Below are positions 1-12,151 of a stretch of DNA of 64,000 nt, one piece after another. The notes beneath the pieces are model-generated. The model was not told where the DNA came from and searched no databases. It saw only the letters and a list, made by a program, of their open reading frames with translations. The translations under genes and the position numbers were made by a program. Source of the stretch: Octopus sinensis. Its lineage: Eukaryota. Every line of letters starts with the position of its first letter. The first letter of the stretch is position 1. Location: positions 310,001 to 374,000 of the forward strand of contig NW_021835991.1 of assembly GCF_006345805.1 (NCBI RefSeq), in the 5' to 3' direction.

Positions 1-390
1 CAAGAATCCTACAGTAAAAACTGTTTATTTAATAATAGTTTGCAATAATTGTCTACCAACACTAACTAATAACATAATTTGTTCATCTGATATAGAACTA
101 CAAATTGATATCAAATTTTGACCAAATAATATTTAATTAACGTTTTTTCTTGAAATAAATTTAATTTTACGAAATTCGGATTTTTTATTTGATAGTAGTA
201 ATTAGCAAGGAACCTTAAGATTACTTTTGTTTATAGAAAAGTCATACACAACATCGCCATTTCACTGTGATAAGTAGTTGCGAATTCAAGTATTGATTGC
301 AATCCAGTTTTACTTAAAATGAAAAATTTTATTCTAGATTTAGTTACATTAATTAATTTATCTCAAATAAAAATGATGTGTTCTAATTCT

Positions 391-729
391 TTAAATGCTT
401 GGGAAATTCTTTCGCCATCTGACACATAAAAATAAAAAGTAATTATGAAGATACCAAAAATCCAATAATGAAGTACATTTCAATAATGAAGAATCCAATA
501 ATGAAGTAATTTGAACAGACTGATTACATTGAAGTTTAATCAAACTCTGCTGAAAATTGAGTTCCTGATATTCTTTAAATGAAGTCACGAAAGGTTGAAC
601 GATCCAGTTTGGAATTGGATCTTCAACAAAAAAGAAATCATCAAATTTTGTCTTGAAATTTTTCAGATGTTTGATTATCAGACTTAAAAGAAAATTATCA
701 GGTGGATTAGTGTCCGAGATGATATTCAA
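391..729 (-). pseudogene. decayed hAT (Buster/ZBED-type) transposase C-terminal fragment
   Basis: ORF text KHLKNFKTKFDDFF..IPNWIVQPF..QQSLIKLQCNQS resembles the hAT C-terminal region and the HL..L..HF..YF..WIQNPF..LIEL segment of the ORF at 52451. No TIRs seen. Confidence 0.5.
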
Positions 730-1084
730 GCATTAGGAACATTGTTGTTACTTTTTTTAATTTCATTACCAATAGTAATAACTTTTTCTTAAAAGCCATT
801 ATTATTTGATTAACATTTTTTTGTCTTTACAGACTCTTCTGGCGCCTAAGTTGAGTAGGTTTCAGTTTATTGTTTCACAAAATTCTATGGCAAATCATGC
901 ATTTTGCCTTTATTTCATTATTTGAGGCTACTTTTGCCGTTATCTCCTAATTTAAATTAATTAATTTTGTTTTTCTTTATTAACAAATTATTTTAGTTTA
1001 AAAAATTATTAACAGCTCTTTTCTTTAATTTAGACGGATTTAAATGATTTAATGATCTAAATTTTCATTTTGTTAAGGAAATTA

Positions 1085-2026
1085 CAGTGGAACTTGTCTA
1101 AACCGAACTCCGACGGGACCATGAAAATAGACCGGTTTATAGAGAGATCCGGTTTATCAAGGTTTTGAAATTTATGAACATAATCTTACCAAAAGGACTT
1201 AAAGTAAGATTCTATTTATTAAGAAAATCTGTCAAAAAAGATTGTTTAAGGTTTGATTTTTTTCACAATGGCCGTGTTGTTCAGAATCATTAATTCTTTT
1301 ATTGACGGAAGGAGAGAAGGATCCTCCGTACAAGCGAAGTGCTGTATATCTTCGAGAATTGAGCGAATGTCAATGCGAGTTAATTTGACTTCGTCTGCTT
1401 TTTGCGACTCGTCATCGTGGTTAGAATCACTCGGACTCTCCGCATCAGTTGGTTTTCTTGGAAGATGCTGCTCCAAGATGGCATTTTCCCATTCGTCGAA
1501 TCTAGCCCTCTGAAACCATTCCCAAGTGATCTTATTTAGATCATCAAACTTGCATTTATTTTCAAAACGCTTTTTCTTGCTGTTTCCATTGTCATCGTGT
1601 ATATCCAGATATTTAGTAGAGTTTTTCAGAATATCCGATACAGTGCTGGTCCCAATACCATATTTTTGGCTCAGATCTTTCTGTGTTAACTTGGGTGTGG
1701 ATTGATAATCTTTTATGAGTTGAACTTTGTGGTTCAGGTCGAGTTCACAACGAGCACGTTTCATTGATATTAAGTCAAATATGAAACTTATTAACTTTTA
1801 AAATTTTTATTTTTTAATTTTTTAAAAATACCTCTTTGTTCGGTTTGCACAGTGTGAAAAAACCGTTGGGACTTGACATTACCGCCGGTTTTCAAAATAT
1901 AGAGGATCCGGAATAAAGAGATGAAATTTATATTGAAAAATACTGTAAAAAATTAGGACCGGAGAAAACGGCCGGTATATGGAGAGATCCGGTATATTCA
2001 GGGGTTGGTTTGGACAAGTTCCACTG
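1085..2026 (-). mobile_element. non-autonomous pogo/Tigger (Tc1-mariner superfamily) element, internally deleted
   Basis: TIR CAGTGGAACTTGTCTAAACC at 1085 and its near-complement GGTTTGGACAAGTTCCACTG ending at 2026, flanked by TA on both sides. Encloses an HTH ORF. Confidence 0.9.
1246..1764 (-). CDS. truncated pogo transposase: HTH_psq, start of CENP-B HTH, fused to acidic C-terminal tail, no DDE domain
   Basis: MKRAR..L..KVQLI..QKDLSQKYGIGTSTVSDILKN (psq-type HTH), then DDLNKITWEWFQRAR, joined in frame to the C-terminal tail. Confidence 0.8.
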   Translation of the reverse strand: MKRARCELDLNHKVQLIKDYQSTPKLTQKDLSQKYGIGTSTVSDILKNSTKYLDIHDDNGNSKKKRFENKCKFDDLNKITWEWFQRARFDEWENAILEQHLPRKPTDAESPSDSNHDDESQKADEVKLTRIDIRSILEDIQHFACTEDPSLLPSIKELMILNNTAIVKKIKP

Positions 2027-2811
2027 TATTTTAATTTTTTTAAACTTTTTTAATAATTCTTTAAGTGTATAAAATATTTTTTGTAAAGTTTGTCATTGAA
2101 CCCTCAATCGTGATAAAATAAGAATTAATATTAATTTAGCTTTCATCTCATTTATTTCCATGAATTCGTGATTGATGAATTGATTTTCTTAACTCGAAAT
2201 GACAAGATTCCGTGATTCTTTGGGTTTCGAATTTTTGCCTTTGGAAGTAATATAGGATTTAATTGTGTCTAACCGACAAATATTTATAAGATCGGCATTT
2301 GTTAACAACTAAAATATTTTTTCAGTTCTGTGCCCCTTTATATATGTTACTGATTGAAATTTTTACTAGTCATCCACACTTTCTGGTCAACTTCAGTAGT
2401 TGCGAAATCTGCATGCAAAGTTCTCAATTTAGAATTTTTACGTCTTTTAAAGTTGTTTAGCTAATCATTGCTTGTTTAAACTGTTTAATTTCATATTCTT
2501 GCATTTTAACAAAATCGTTTTATCATTGTAAAGAAAGTAACTTTGAAACTCAATAAATTTTATTCAAGTGAAAAGTAATCGCGGTCAAGATAAACTTGCA
2601 TTATCCCCTTAGAAGATTCTAGAAGGTTCAAACTTTTTCAAAATTATATCCGGAACTGTCCTAAAATCTAACAAGTTTGTTGTTTTCAGAGACTAGTGTA
2701 AAAAAAGCTGATAATTATTCGAGAAAAATACTGAAACTTATAAAAGAAATCTTTCAAGCAACTCAATGAATCATTTTTAAAAATAGAAAATGTATACAAA
2801 AAATATGAATA

Positions 2812-4200
2812 TCAAATATTGAAGTACAACAAAGTTGAATGGCGATAACATTCTAGCTGGCGATTAATTTCTTTATGAGGGATCTGGGCAAATCCTTGTT
2901 CATTATTCCAAAATGATGAACAAAATCTTAGATTTGGACTAAATTCCCATTTAACAGACAGGCAAGTCCCAAAAAACGTTTTTTCCGACAAAATGTCTTT
3001 CATTGCCTCAGCAATTTGTCTAAGACGAAATTTGAAAATTAAACAGCCGTCATTTTCCAAATCATACTTAGTCTTTATTTTAATAAAAAATACACTAAAT
3101 GAGTGTGTGAATTGTCTAATATAAGACGCGATACAAACATGTGAAGCCACGGGGTGTTCTACACGCATTGATAAACAAAAAACTAAGAAATATTAAATTT
3201 GTAAAAACCATATAAAAATCCGGTTGTGGGAGCATCAAAGGAATCGTTTTCATTGATTAATCTTAGATAAGCCATTATTGGCTTATTTAATCTAAAAACT
3301 TAAATATTTGATTTTTATTTACTTTTCTTTTCTCTTCGACGACTTTCTAACATTTTTCTTTCATAGGAATTTTTTTCACTTTCACAATCTTCCTGAATTT
3401 CACCGTCTTCTAAACACTCAACCAGTTTTGGATCTTCAGTCTTTTTTTCTGCATTTTCTAGAATTTGAGTTTCTTTTTTGATAATCTTTTCTTTTTTAAC
3501 ATGTTTCTTTTTTAGTTTTTTTTCTGAATATTTTGAGGTTCGTTTTTTTGTTCTGTTTTTCTTGATTCTAGTACGTTCCAGTTTTTTGTTCTTTTCTTCA
3601 ACAAATTGTTCCAAAAGTGTACTCTTTCTTTTTTTCTTTTACTGTAATTTCTAGATTTTCATTCTTTTATCTTCTCAATTTCAGGATTATCTAAAATTTC
3701 ACTTTCATCTTCTTTCTTAACAGTTCCAGATTTTCTTGAACTTTCTCATTATTGTTTTCAAAACAAGTATGGCTTCGTCGTTCTTTCCAATATCCCATCT
3801 AGATTGTCTAGAGACCTTTACTGTCTAAATAAAGTTTTTTGACATTTTTTCAAATCATACATTATTTTCCTCCCCTCCAATCTCACACAAAATCTTCTCA
3901 AGTCTGGTAATCGCCAAGGGATTAAACAGTCCTTTGTAATTGCCTACAGTCTCACTGAGCTTATAAATATTCTAATCAATAATCGAACAATTTAATCATA
4001 CCTGATATGTTTGATCTTGTCTTACGTTTAATACTAGTAACTGTATTAAGGAAAATTCAACATAAAGTTTTTTAGCCTGATTATCAACTAAAAATATATT
4101 AAATTCTGACTTGTCTTTGCTAGAAATTGGTTTTGAGGATTTCTCCCCAATGTCATCAATTGAGAAATGAGGTGATTCAGAAAGAGATGATTGTTAAATA
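2812..4200 (-). CDS. multi-exon host gene, possibly SCAF4/SCAF8 (Nrd1/Seb1)-like; exon structure unresolved, possibly disrupted
   Basis: K/E-rich ORF 3315-3614, short GT-AG introns, and LSVKWEF..SFWNNEQGFAQIPHKEI, which resembles the post-RRM motif (I.W..FWD...G.T.IPW) of the SCAF8/Nrd1 family as recalled. Boundaries approximate. Confidence 0.3.
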
Positions 4201-6339
4201 TAAATATCCACGTTTTTAAAACATTGATAATTTTTTCCTAAAAATAAATTCGGAAAAAACTCGGTCTTGTATTGGACAATTGTAAATGTTTATAAATGTA
4301 TCAGAAATATTGTATAAAAATTGATAAATGAAAATAAAATTATCTTCGGATTCCTTTAAAGAGCCGACAAATAAATCCAATATATAAAATGCCCATAATT
4401 TAAGTTCTTGTGGGCACTAATAAAATATGTAATTTTTAAAACTTGAAAGATAAATTTTTCAAGGACAAGGACGATATGTTTATAGTGAGATATTGCATTA
4501 ATTCCTGTCTTTTTAATTCAATCAAAGTCGTTTGGCTGACTGATGGGTATTTTATGGTTGAAAGCTGTTAAAGTTATGGATATCAATTTTTATCACCACG
4601 TGAATAAATTTATTTACATTGTCCATTAGAATTATTGTGTAATCATAGTTTATTAAATAAACAAGTTTTATTTGAAAATAACAAAAACCACCAAAAATTA
4701 ATAAAAATCAAAAATATTGTATCTTCATCGTCTGACGAATACTGAAAATAAATTATAAAGAATTCTCTTCAAAAAAATAATATCTTATATTTCAAGAGAG
4801 TTCGTTTCGCCATTATGTGACGTTAGTTTAAAATTTACTTCAAATTTTAACAAGCGTCGATATGGCATTTATTCTGGTTGGATTACACGAATTTAGGATT
4901 TTTATTGTAATTTATAATTTAATGCTTCCCATTTCAATCTTATAAGCGATATCAGTTATGTTGGCTACATAGAATAAAATCGTTTCATATTTTAAGATAA
5001 ATTATATTTCAAATTTCTTTTTTTCATTTCTCTGCTTTATAAAAATAGTTTATTATTAAGGGTTTTTAATTTTTAAAATTTAAAAATTTTAACAATTTCA
5101 ATATTTCTAAAAATATTGTCCTCGACGCTAAGTCATTGCTTTCCATAAGTCTTCTAAATTGTACGCCTGTATATTAGACACTCACTATTTTTGTAACCGT
5201 CGGTATTCCACAATGATAAGTAATCATTTAGCGGATTATTTGTAGCCTATTATAATCAATCAAATAAACAAATCAAATATGACTGGGCAATCCAAATTAG
5301 TTATTGGCAACACAGGAAGCAAGCAATTCACATCTAAAACCATCTGGGACCAACAGTAGATCTTAGACGGTAACAGAAAGGTTAATATCTTCTATTATTT
5401 ATTTCCATTAACATTTGAAAGATTATTTTTTTGGTTAGTCCAAATTTATTAAAGTGTAATTAATTATTTTAATTTTAAAGTTGAAATTGAATTGTTATAA
5501 TTTAATAAAACTATTCTTTCCAATTCCTCAACAAATAGAATTTTTCAATCAAAAATATTATCGTTAAAATTCAGTTTGGTTCACTTTAGCGAAATATTCT
5601 GACAACCAACACAGGTAGGGAACGGTTTTATAATAAAAAAATAAAAGTTAATTTAAAAATTTAGATTTCAAATTGAGAACAATTGGCATTTCGTTTTTTT
5701 GAAAGCAAAATTGTGAGAATTGTGTCTTATTGAGTTGTAAAGAATTCTTAAACACATATTAATCATGAACCAAAATTGAAAACATTGAATGACCTTCAAT
5801 TTATAAATCCTGTCTCTATCTGAGATTAAACATAGAAATTATAATTGTTAACTTCATTTTTATTAAACGATTAAAAGAAATTAACGTTCATGTAATTTGA
5901 TATCAAAATATTAATACATTCATGTAGAATCAGCACTTTAAAAAGTTAAAAAAACAGGGATTGCCTGTAGTGGACTATTTTATAATATTTTATTATAAAC
6001 GTAAAAGAAACATCATGATAAACAAATAGAACTTTATTCAAATTCAAATTACCAAAGAAATTAACAATTATACTAAAACTTTGCTCAATAAATTGTACAT
6101 CCTATTCAATTACTTGATAAAAACTGATCTTGTCGGGTTATTTAATTATTTAGGTAAAAAACCAAAAATAGAACAATGTTTGATTCCGTAAAGAAAACTT
6201 GTTCTATGGTAGATTCCGATAAGAAACTAGCAAACAATCAAAAATATAATTCTTTCATTAAATCAATAAAAAAATATGTATTGCCTGAACATTCAAAATT
6301 TATAAATTCTGTAACAAAATTTGAGAAACATTGTAGATA

Positions 6340-7240
6340 GAGTGTAAGGACCTCAGAGACTGCCATCATAATCATCATGCAATATTAATTAATGATTTAA
6401 CTATTTTAGTTAGTTAATAGAACTTAATAGAATTTTAGAGTTTTCTGGATGAAGATAATACATGGCTGATCCGTTTTCTTTTATCTAGTACTGAATAAGC
6501 TGTACGGCTTAGGAATATGACATCGATGCTTTTCACGACTACGGTTGGAACACCTCAGGGAGACTCTCTATCTTGAATTTTATTCATCTTATGGGGGTGG
6601 GATAACGTGGAGGACCTCACTGAGAGCTCTCAGAATTAATGTGGAGGACCTGGCAAATGAAAACTAAAGGAAAAAAGGAAACTGAGATCGCTACTTATAT
6701 GATAGCAAGGACATGATATATAAAAGAGTGCTATCCAGTCCAATGTATAAGAAAATGCAAGTCGACCAAAGCTAATAAAAACAAAACTCTGAATAAGGCT
6801 ATACAACTCGTATAAAACCGTACTTGTCTACAACTCGAGTACATGGAGAGTCACAGAGTTAGAACTCAAGAAAATAGACACATTTTATCGAAAGCTATTA
6901 CGCAATTTACTCAGCCTAGATGGGCAACAAAGATTTCCAACAAGATTGTACTCTATGAAATAATTGGTTCCAATAAGCACTGAAATTATCGAATCAAGAT
7001 GGAGGCCATTTGGTCATGTACTTAGAATTGACATAAACACTCCCGCAAAAATTACAATAGACAATTACTTTGACAATGAAACAAAACATCCTTTAAAGAA
7101 AACCTAGAGTCACTCTCCTTGTTCTTCTAAACAAGGCTCTTAATAAAATTGGAAAAAACCTAGAAGACGTGAGGAACAGATACCGATGGAGAAGCTTGGA
7201 GAATAAAATCTCGAAACGTGTGGCACAAAAAAGACCTTAG
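6340..7240 (+). mobile_element. decayed RTE-clade LINE remnant related to the element at 29072-31657
   Basis: Broken frames give TVGTPQGDSLS (6541), VYNSSTW (~6830) and SRWRPFGHVLRIDINTPA (~7000), matching VGTPQGDALS, TYNSATW and RWRLFGHILRM..PA in the intact copy. Confidence 0.75.
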
Positions 7241-7320
7241 TTAATTTACATTCTTTGTTCTGTGAACGTACTTTTAAAAATAATAGAACTCGTATACACA
7301 AAATATTTAGGAAATTTGTG

Positions 7321-7354
7321 CACTTTAAACACTTTAAACACTTTAAACACTTCA
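7321..7354. repeat. short tandem repeat (CACTTTAAA) about 3.5 units
   Basis: cactttaaa cactttaaa cactttaaa cacttca read directly. Confidence 0.85.
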
Positions 7355-7876
7355 AGTGCAGATCTGTTAAAAGTTTGATTAAATTTTGTAAAAAAATATT
7401 TTATTTCTTATATCCCGAAAAATTCTTTTTCCTATTAAATTTGAATAGAATACTTAATTTTAACTTACTGGTATAAATTTTGAGAAAAGTAGACATAATA
7501 AAAAACTAAAAAAGATTTAGATTAAATCGACTTAAAAATCATTTACTTTTAATTCTAAAAATATGGTTTTCCCATTATAAATCCATAATTGTTGTGGTTG
7601 CCACTCCTTTAATTGTAACTACTGACATATTTATAAATAGTAAACTTTTAAAAATTATAAATTTAAAATGATTCAGATAATCAAAAAACAACAAATCTAA
7701 CATCTTACAAAATTAATAAATTTAAGATATTTTCAAAGAAGAAAATAAGATTTTATTTAATTTAAATTATAATTTTTTTTAACATTAAAAAATAATTTTT
7801 GACTTTTTACCCTGGGCTGAATATAATAATCAAATTTTAAAATCAAAAATTATTTTGTTGTCTAGAAGAGAATCAC

Positions 7877-8094
7877 ATGTTAGATAATACAATGGATAAA
7901 TTGTATATACAAAGTTTTTTTTTAATTTGCAGAAACTTTCGAGAGGAAAACAATCAGCTTACATCTGAAAATGATCTGTATTCTAAATATTAAATCTAAA
8001 AAGATATCTATTTTCAGAAAGCGAAACTGATAGCGATGCCGATAGCATTGAAACAATTTCAGTGTTTGGGGATACTTCCTTGTCTGATTTTTAG
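7877..8094 (+). CDS. small acidic hypothetical protein (~53 aa, 2 micro-introns); paralog of 8818-9101
   Basis: Splicing two GT..AG micro-introns gives MLDNTMDKLNFREENNQLTSENDLYLFSESETDSDADSIETISVFGDTSLSDF*. Further upstream exons are possible. Confidence 0.5.
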
Positions 8095-8817
8095 CATTTT
8101 TATAATGTTGGAATTTCAATAATTTTCTGTTTTATATAGATTTAGGGTTATTAATAAGAGAATTATCACTGAATATAATCTGAAAACTCAGACTAATCGG
8201 TTAATGTTAGCTATTTTGATTTTAATGGATTCTTGATCAAAACAAATCAATATGCTCATCTTGAATAAATTATAAAGAATAAAAACAAATGTTTGCGGTG
8301 ATTAGCATTTTTTGATCCCATTAAAACTTAATTAAAAACTGTAGAACGTCTCAATATCTTAGATCGACTTTCTAGGAATATTGTTTCAATGCATGAAAAT
8401 TTCATTAAAAAAATATTTTGAAATCATTTTAAATTGTCAACAAAATTGAACATCATTTATTTGAAGCTGTGTTTTTTTATTTTTAACTTTTTTAATTAGA
8501 CTTTCAACTGTTACCTAGAAGTATTTTGATGGAATTAAATTCCAAAATAATTAGAATTTTTAAAAATCGATTTTATATGTTTATTTTAGATAAAAAGAGT
8601 CTGATTTTTATCTTCTAACAAAAAAGTTACACTTTCAAAATTCATCTAAAATTTTAAATCAAAATAAACATTTATTAATTATTTTTTATTAATTCGAACA
8701 CTAATCGAACTTTTATTTTTAACTTTATTAAAATTTGTAAAAATAATATTTTAAGCAAATTGGAAATTTTAAATTCTAAAAAATGTTTTAATAAATTAGA
8801 TCTGATATTCGGTATAC

Positions 8818-9101
8818 ATGAAAAGAAAACCAAACGACATATCTGATATAACGTTTGAAAATAATATTTTTAATTAAATTTTATTTAAAAAAACTTATAG
8901 AGACTCGAGCAATGCAAAATTCCAACACTTATCAGATAAATTAACGTTTGTTAAAATATTTAAAAATTATTAAAAATCGTTTTTAGAGAGTTGCTTGAAG
9001 AGTTAAATGAGGAATTCAACGACCAATTTTTGTTCGACTGCGAAAGCGTTGGGACCGTTTCAGTTTGCGGAGACTCATTTCTATCGGACACAGAGATCTA
9101 A
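8818..9101 (+). CDS. small acidic hypothetical protein (~64 aa, 2 introns)
   Basis: Splicing two GTTTG..TAG introns gives MKRKPNDISDITDSSNAKFQHLSDKLTELLEELNEEFNDQFLFDCESVGTVSVCGDSFLSDTEI*. Confidence 0.55.
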
Positions 9102-9556
9102 GTTATTCTTATAATATTAAACTAATTAACAATTTCAATTTTTGGTTTGAAAATAACATAAAAGAATTACCACATAATATTTGTTAATGTCAAAATTGCA
9201 ACTCAATTTTGTCAACAAGTTGAATTCTTAAATTTTGCAATGATTTTTAATATAAGAAATCATGATTAACAACTTTCATATAAAAAAATACCTAAAATCT
9301 TATTATAATTATTTTTAATCAAAAGAAGATATCGGAATAACTGTTTTAATAAATAATTTGGGATATGTCGTTTATGTTCAATGAGAGAAAATTCTTAATA
9401 TTAAAAAATAAACGTATTGTTAATATTTAAAGTTTTAAATCAATTTTACTGCTATCCAAAGATAAACTAATAAATATTTAATTATCAAACAAATTTCAAA
9501 AAATAATAAAATGATAAGAATTTATTGCCAACAATAAAAAATCCCACAAACAATTA

Positions 9557-10569
9557 CTAATTACTCAACTTTTTCACATTACGGTTTCTAACACACGATT
9601 CTAAAATAAAAATAAGCAAAAAACCCAATCGTTTCATATCAACGCCAGAAAGCCACTCATTATTAGCAATATCTCCATCTTGTTCCACCCCGTTGACCTG
9701 AACTCCATTTTTAGGGAAAGTTCCCTTGGTCTGCTTCCCCCGTCTTCCTTTCTTCTAAAAACAAATATCAAAAAAAGACCAAACAAAATAATTTTTCATA
9801 AACCGAAATCCAAAAATCGCAAATATCACGACACAAGCAATGCAAATTAAAGACATAAAAAACTAAAAATCAAATAACAAAAAATACGCTTCTCCGTCAA
9901 ATGTATCCTCATTCTCCACCATGTAAACAAAAGTTGAAAAAACATTTTCTTTTATCAACGTCGACTAACAAAATAATTATAAAATATACATTTTTATTAG
10001 AATACATTAAATTTAACTCCAAAATAAATTGATAGTGGCATAGTCGGCTGGAACCTGAAAGGAATATAAAAATGTCCCTTCTTGGAGAGCAGGTATTGTT
10101 CTTGAATAATTTTTTGTAGTAAACTAATCGATAAATGTTTAAAAGTCACGTTTTGTATGTTGGAGCTATCTGGAGGGTATAAAAGTGAGGCAAATGCGGT
10201 TGCAACAGTCAAGTTGTTAAGTGAATTTAAATTTCGAACTGAAAATAAAATTTGGACATATTTTTCAACAATAAATTCTATTTTTATATTATTTTTTATT
10301 ACTTTCGGTATCATTCAATATTTTATAAAATATTTCAATTTCTTTCGTAGTGGTTTGATCCGAACTGTCAACAATTGGAGATAAATCCTCAGAGTTCTAA
10401 ATAATTTATAAATATACATCTTTTTGTTCATATATATCAGTAGTATAGTCCTCTTCAATAAATATATCATCGTCCTCCTGGCTATTTACTCGCAAATTTT
10501 GATATCCGAGTAATACTTGGTTATTAAAAGTATATTACTCTTACATATTGTAATTAATAAAAGACGCAT
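9557..10569 (-). CDS. SSR1: translocon-associated protein subunit alpha (TRAP-alpha), about 8 micro-introns
   Basis: Spliced product: signal peptide MRLLLITILLLG, acidic QEDDDIFIEEDY, ASLLYPPDSSNIQNFT..EGTFLYSF, VENEDTFDGE.FMSL plus TM helix, basic tail with NNEWL. These follow the SSR1 motif order. One or two homopolymer frameshifts are needed. Confidence 0.8.
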
Positions 10570-10879
10570 CAAAATATTTTATAATGTACCTACGTGTACA
10601 CGAAATATATTATTTTATTTAATATTCAAAAAATAAGAATATTAAATTTTAAATAAATATAAAATAATGCCAATAAATATGCATTAAAAACAGTAAAATT
10701 TTTTAATAACTATAATCAAAATGATATAAAAATCCTTCAATAAATATAGTTAACTTTAATTGTTGATCTTTATTAATTTTTAAAAATTAATTTATTTAAA
10801 ATAAGTTTAATTGAAAATTTCAATTTATAATAAATAAATACTCCGGTAAACATATAAACCTCGTGGGACGTATACTTTG

Positions 10880-12151
10880 ATGAATCTTTCCATTGCTCAC
10901 CCCTGGTTTACCTCATAAAAATAAAATCAAAGGATTGAAAAATACAGACCAGATTTTTCTGAATTATCGTTACAGTCAAATATAAATCGAACAAGTTATA
11001 TTTGTCAAAAAACAACAACATAGTAAAAAGACTAATAGAACATGATGAGATCCCTCACTTGCTATTCTACGGTCCATCGGGGACTGGAAAGACGAGTACA
11101 GCAATGGCCATTGCCCACAAAATGTATTCAAAAAATGAAAAAAATGCCATGACTTTAGAGGTAATAATTTTTATGAAATTTTAGCTCAATGCATCTGACG
11201 ATAGAGGAATTAATTTTGTAAGAGAAGAAATATTCTCTTTTGTTAGTACAAAGTCGCTTTTTGGGTTAAAATTTTGTTGTTTGATTATTTTTTCTTAGAA
11301 ATAAGCACAAATTGGTAATTTTAGATGAGGCAGATTCAATGACCCACGACGCACAAAATGCATTACGTCGAAGTATATTTTATTTATTAATTAAAAAATT
11401 ATTTATTTAAAAAATATATTTATTTAATTTTTATAGTTATTGAAGACTATTCTTCAAATGCCAGATTTTGTATTTTATGCAATTTTGTCTCCAAGATTAT
11501 TTCACCTATCCAGTCAAGGTGTATGAAATTTCGTTTCGGACGTATTTCTGGAATAGTTGTCCGCCAAAGACTGTCACATATAGCCAATTTAGAATCGTAG
11601 ACTTAATAAATATAAAATTAAAGAATATCCCTGGCCGAGGAGGCCTACGAAGCGATCGTTAGACTGTCCAATGGAGATCTTCGAAAGGCTATAAATATTC
11701 TGCAGAGTGTTTGCATGGCTTCTCCTTTTGGACATGACTCTATTATAAAAGAGATTGACGTTTATGGCTGTACTGGTAACCCTACTCCTTCTGAGATGAA
11801 GAATATTATTGAAATAATATTAAATAATGATATTACATATTCTGCTAGGGGTTGATATTGGGAAATAAATGTTGTAGAGGTTTGGGATTGGATGTGTGAA
11901 CAGAGCATTTCGTTGAGTGATGTGATTACTCAAGTATTTGATTTTTTTAAAAAAGGTTGTTTTTTGTGTTTGAATGTGGAATAGTGACGCTTGATGCAAA
12001 AGTGAGAATTAATTTGAATATCAAACTGAGTGAAATCGAGTTGGTTTTTTGGGTTATTTGTGGTAGGTATAGATTGGCGATGGGGACTAACGAAAAGATA
12101 CAGTTGGGCTCACTTATAGCAGCATTACAGCTTTTACGTGATTTTGAATAA
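10880..12151 (+). CDS. RFC5: replication factor C small subunit (human RFC5 / yeast Rfc3 type), 9 introns
   Basis: PWIEKYRP, PHLLFYGPSGTGKTS (Walker A), LELNASDDRGI, KLVILDEADSMTHDAQNALRR, SRCMKFRF, GDLRKAINILQS, NEKIQLGSLI. Introns include 10906-10932, 10995-11023, 11161-11184, 11265-11298, 11373-11436 and 11597-11623. Confidence 0.93.

Noticed and set aside
7140-7476. ORFs with repeated KCL or KHF
   Set aside because: Produced by the 9-bp tandem repeat and the tail of the LINE remnant.
9860-9892. Possible GC-AG intron in SSR1
   Set aside because: A GT donor two bases away plus a homopolymer length error explains the frame equally well; undecidable without reads.
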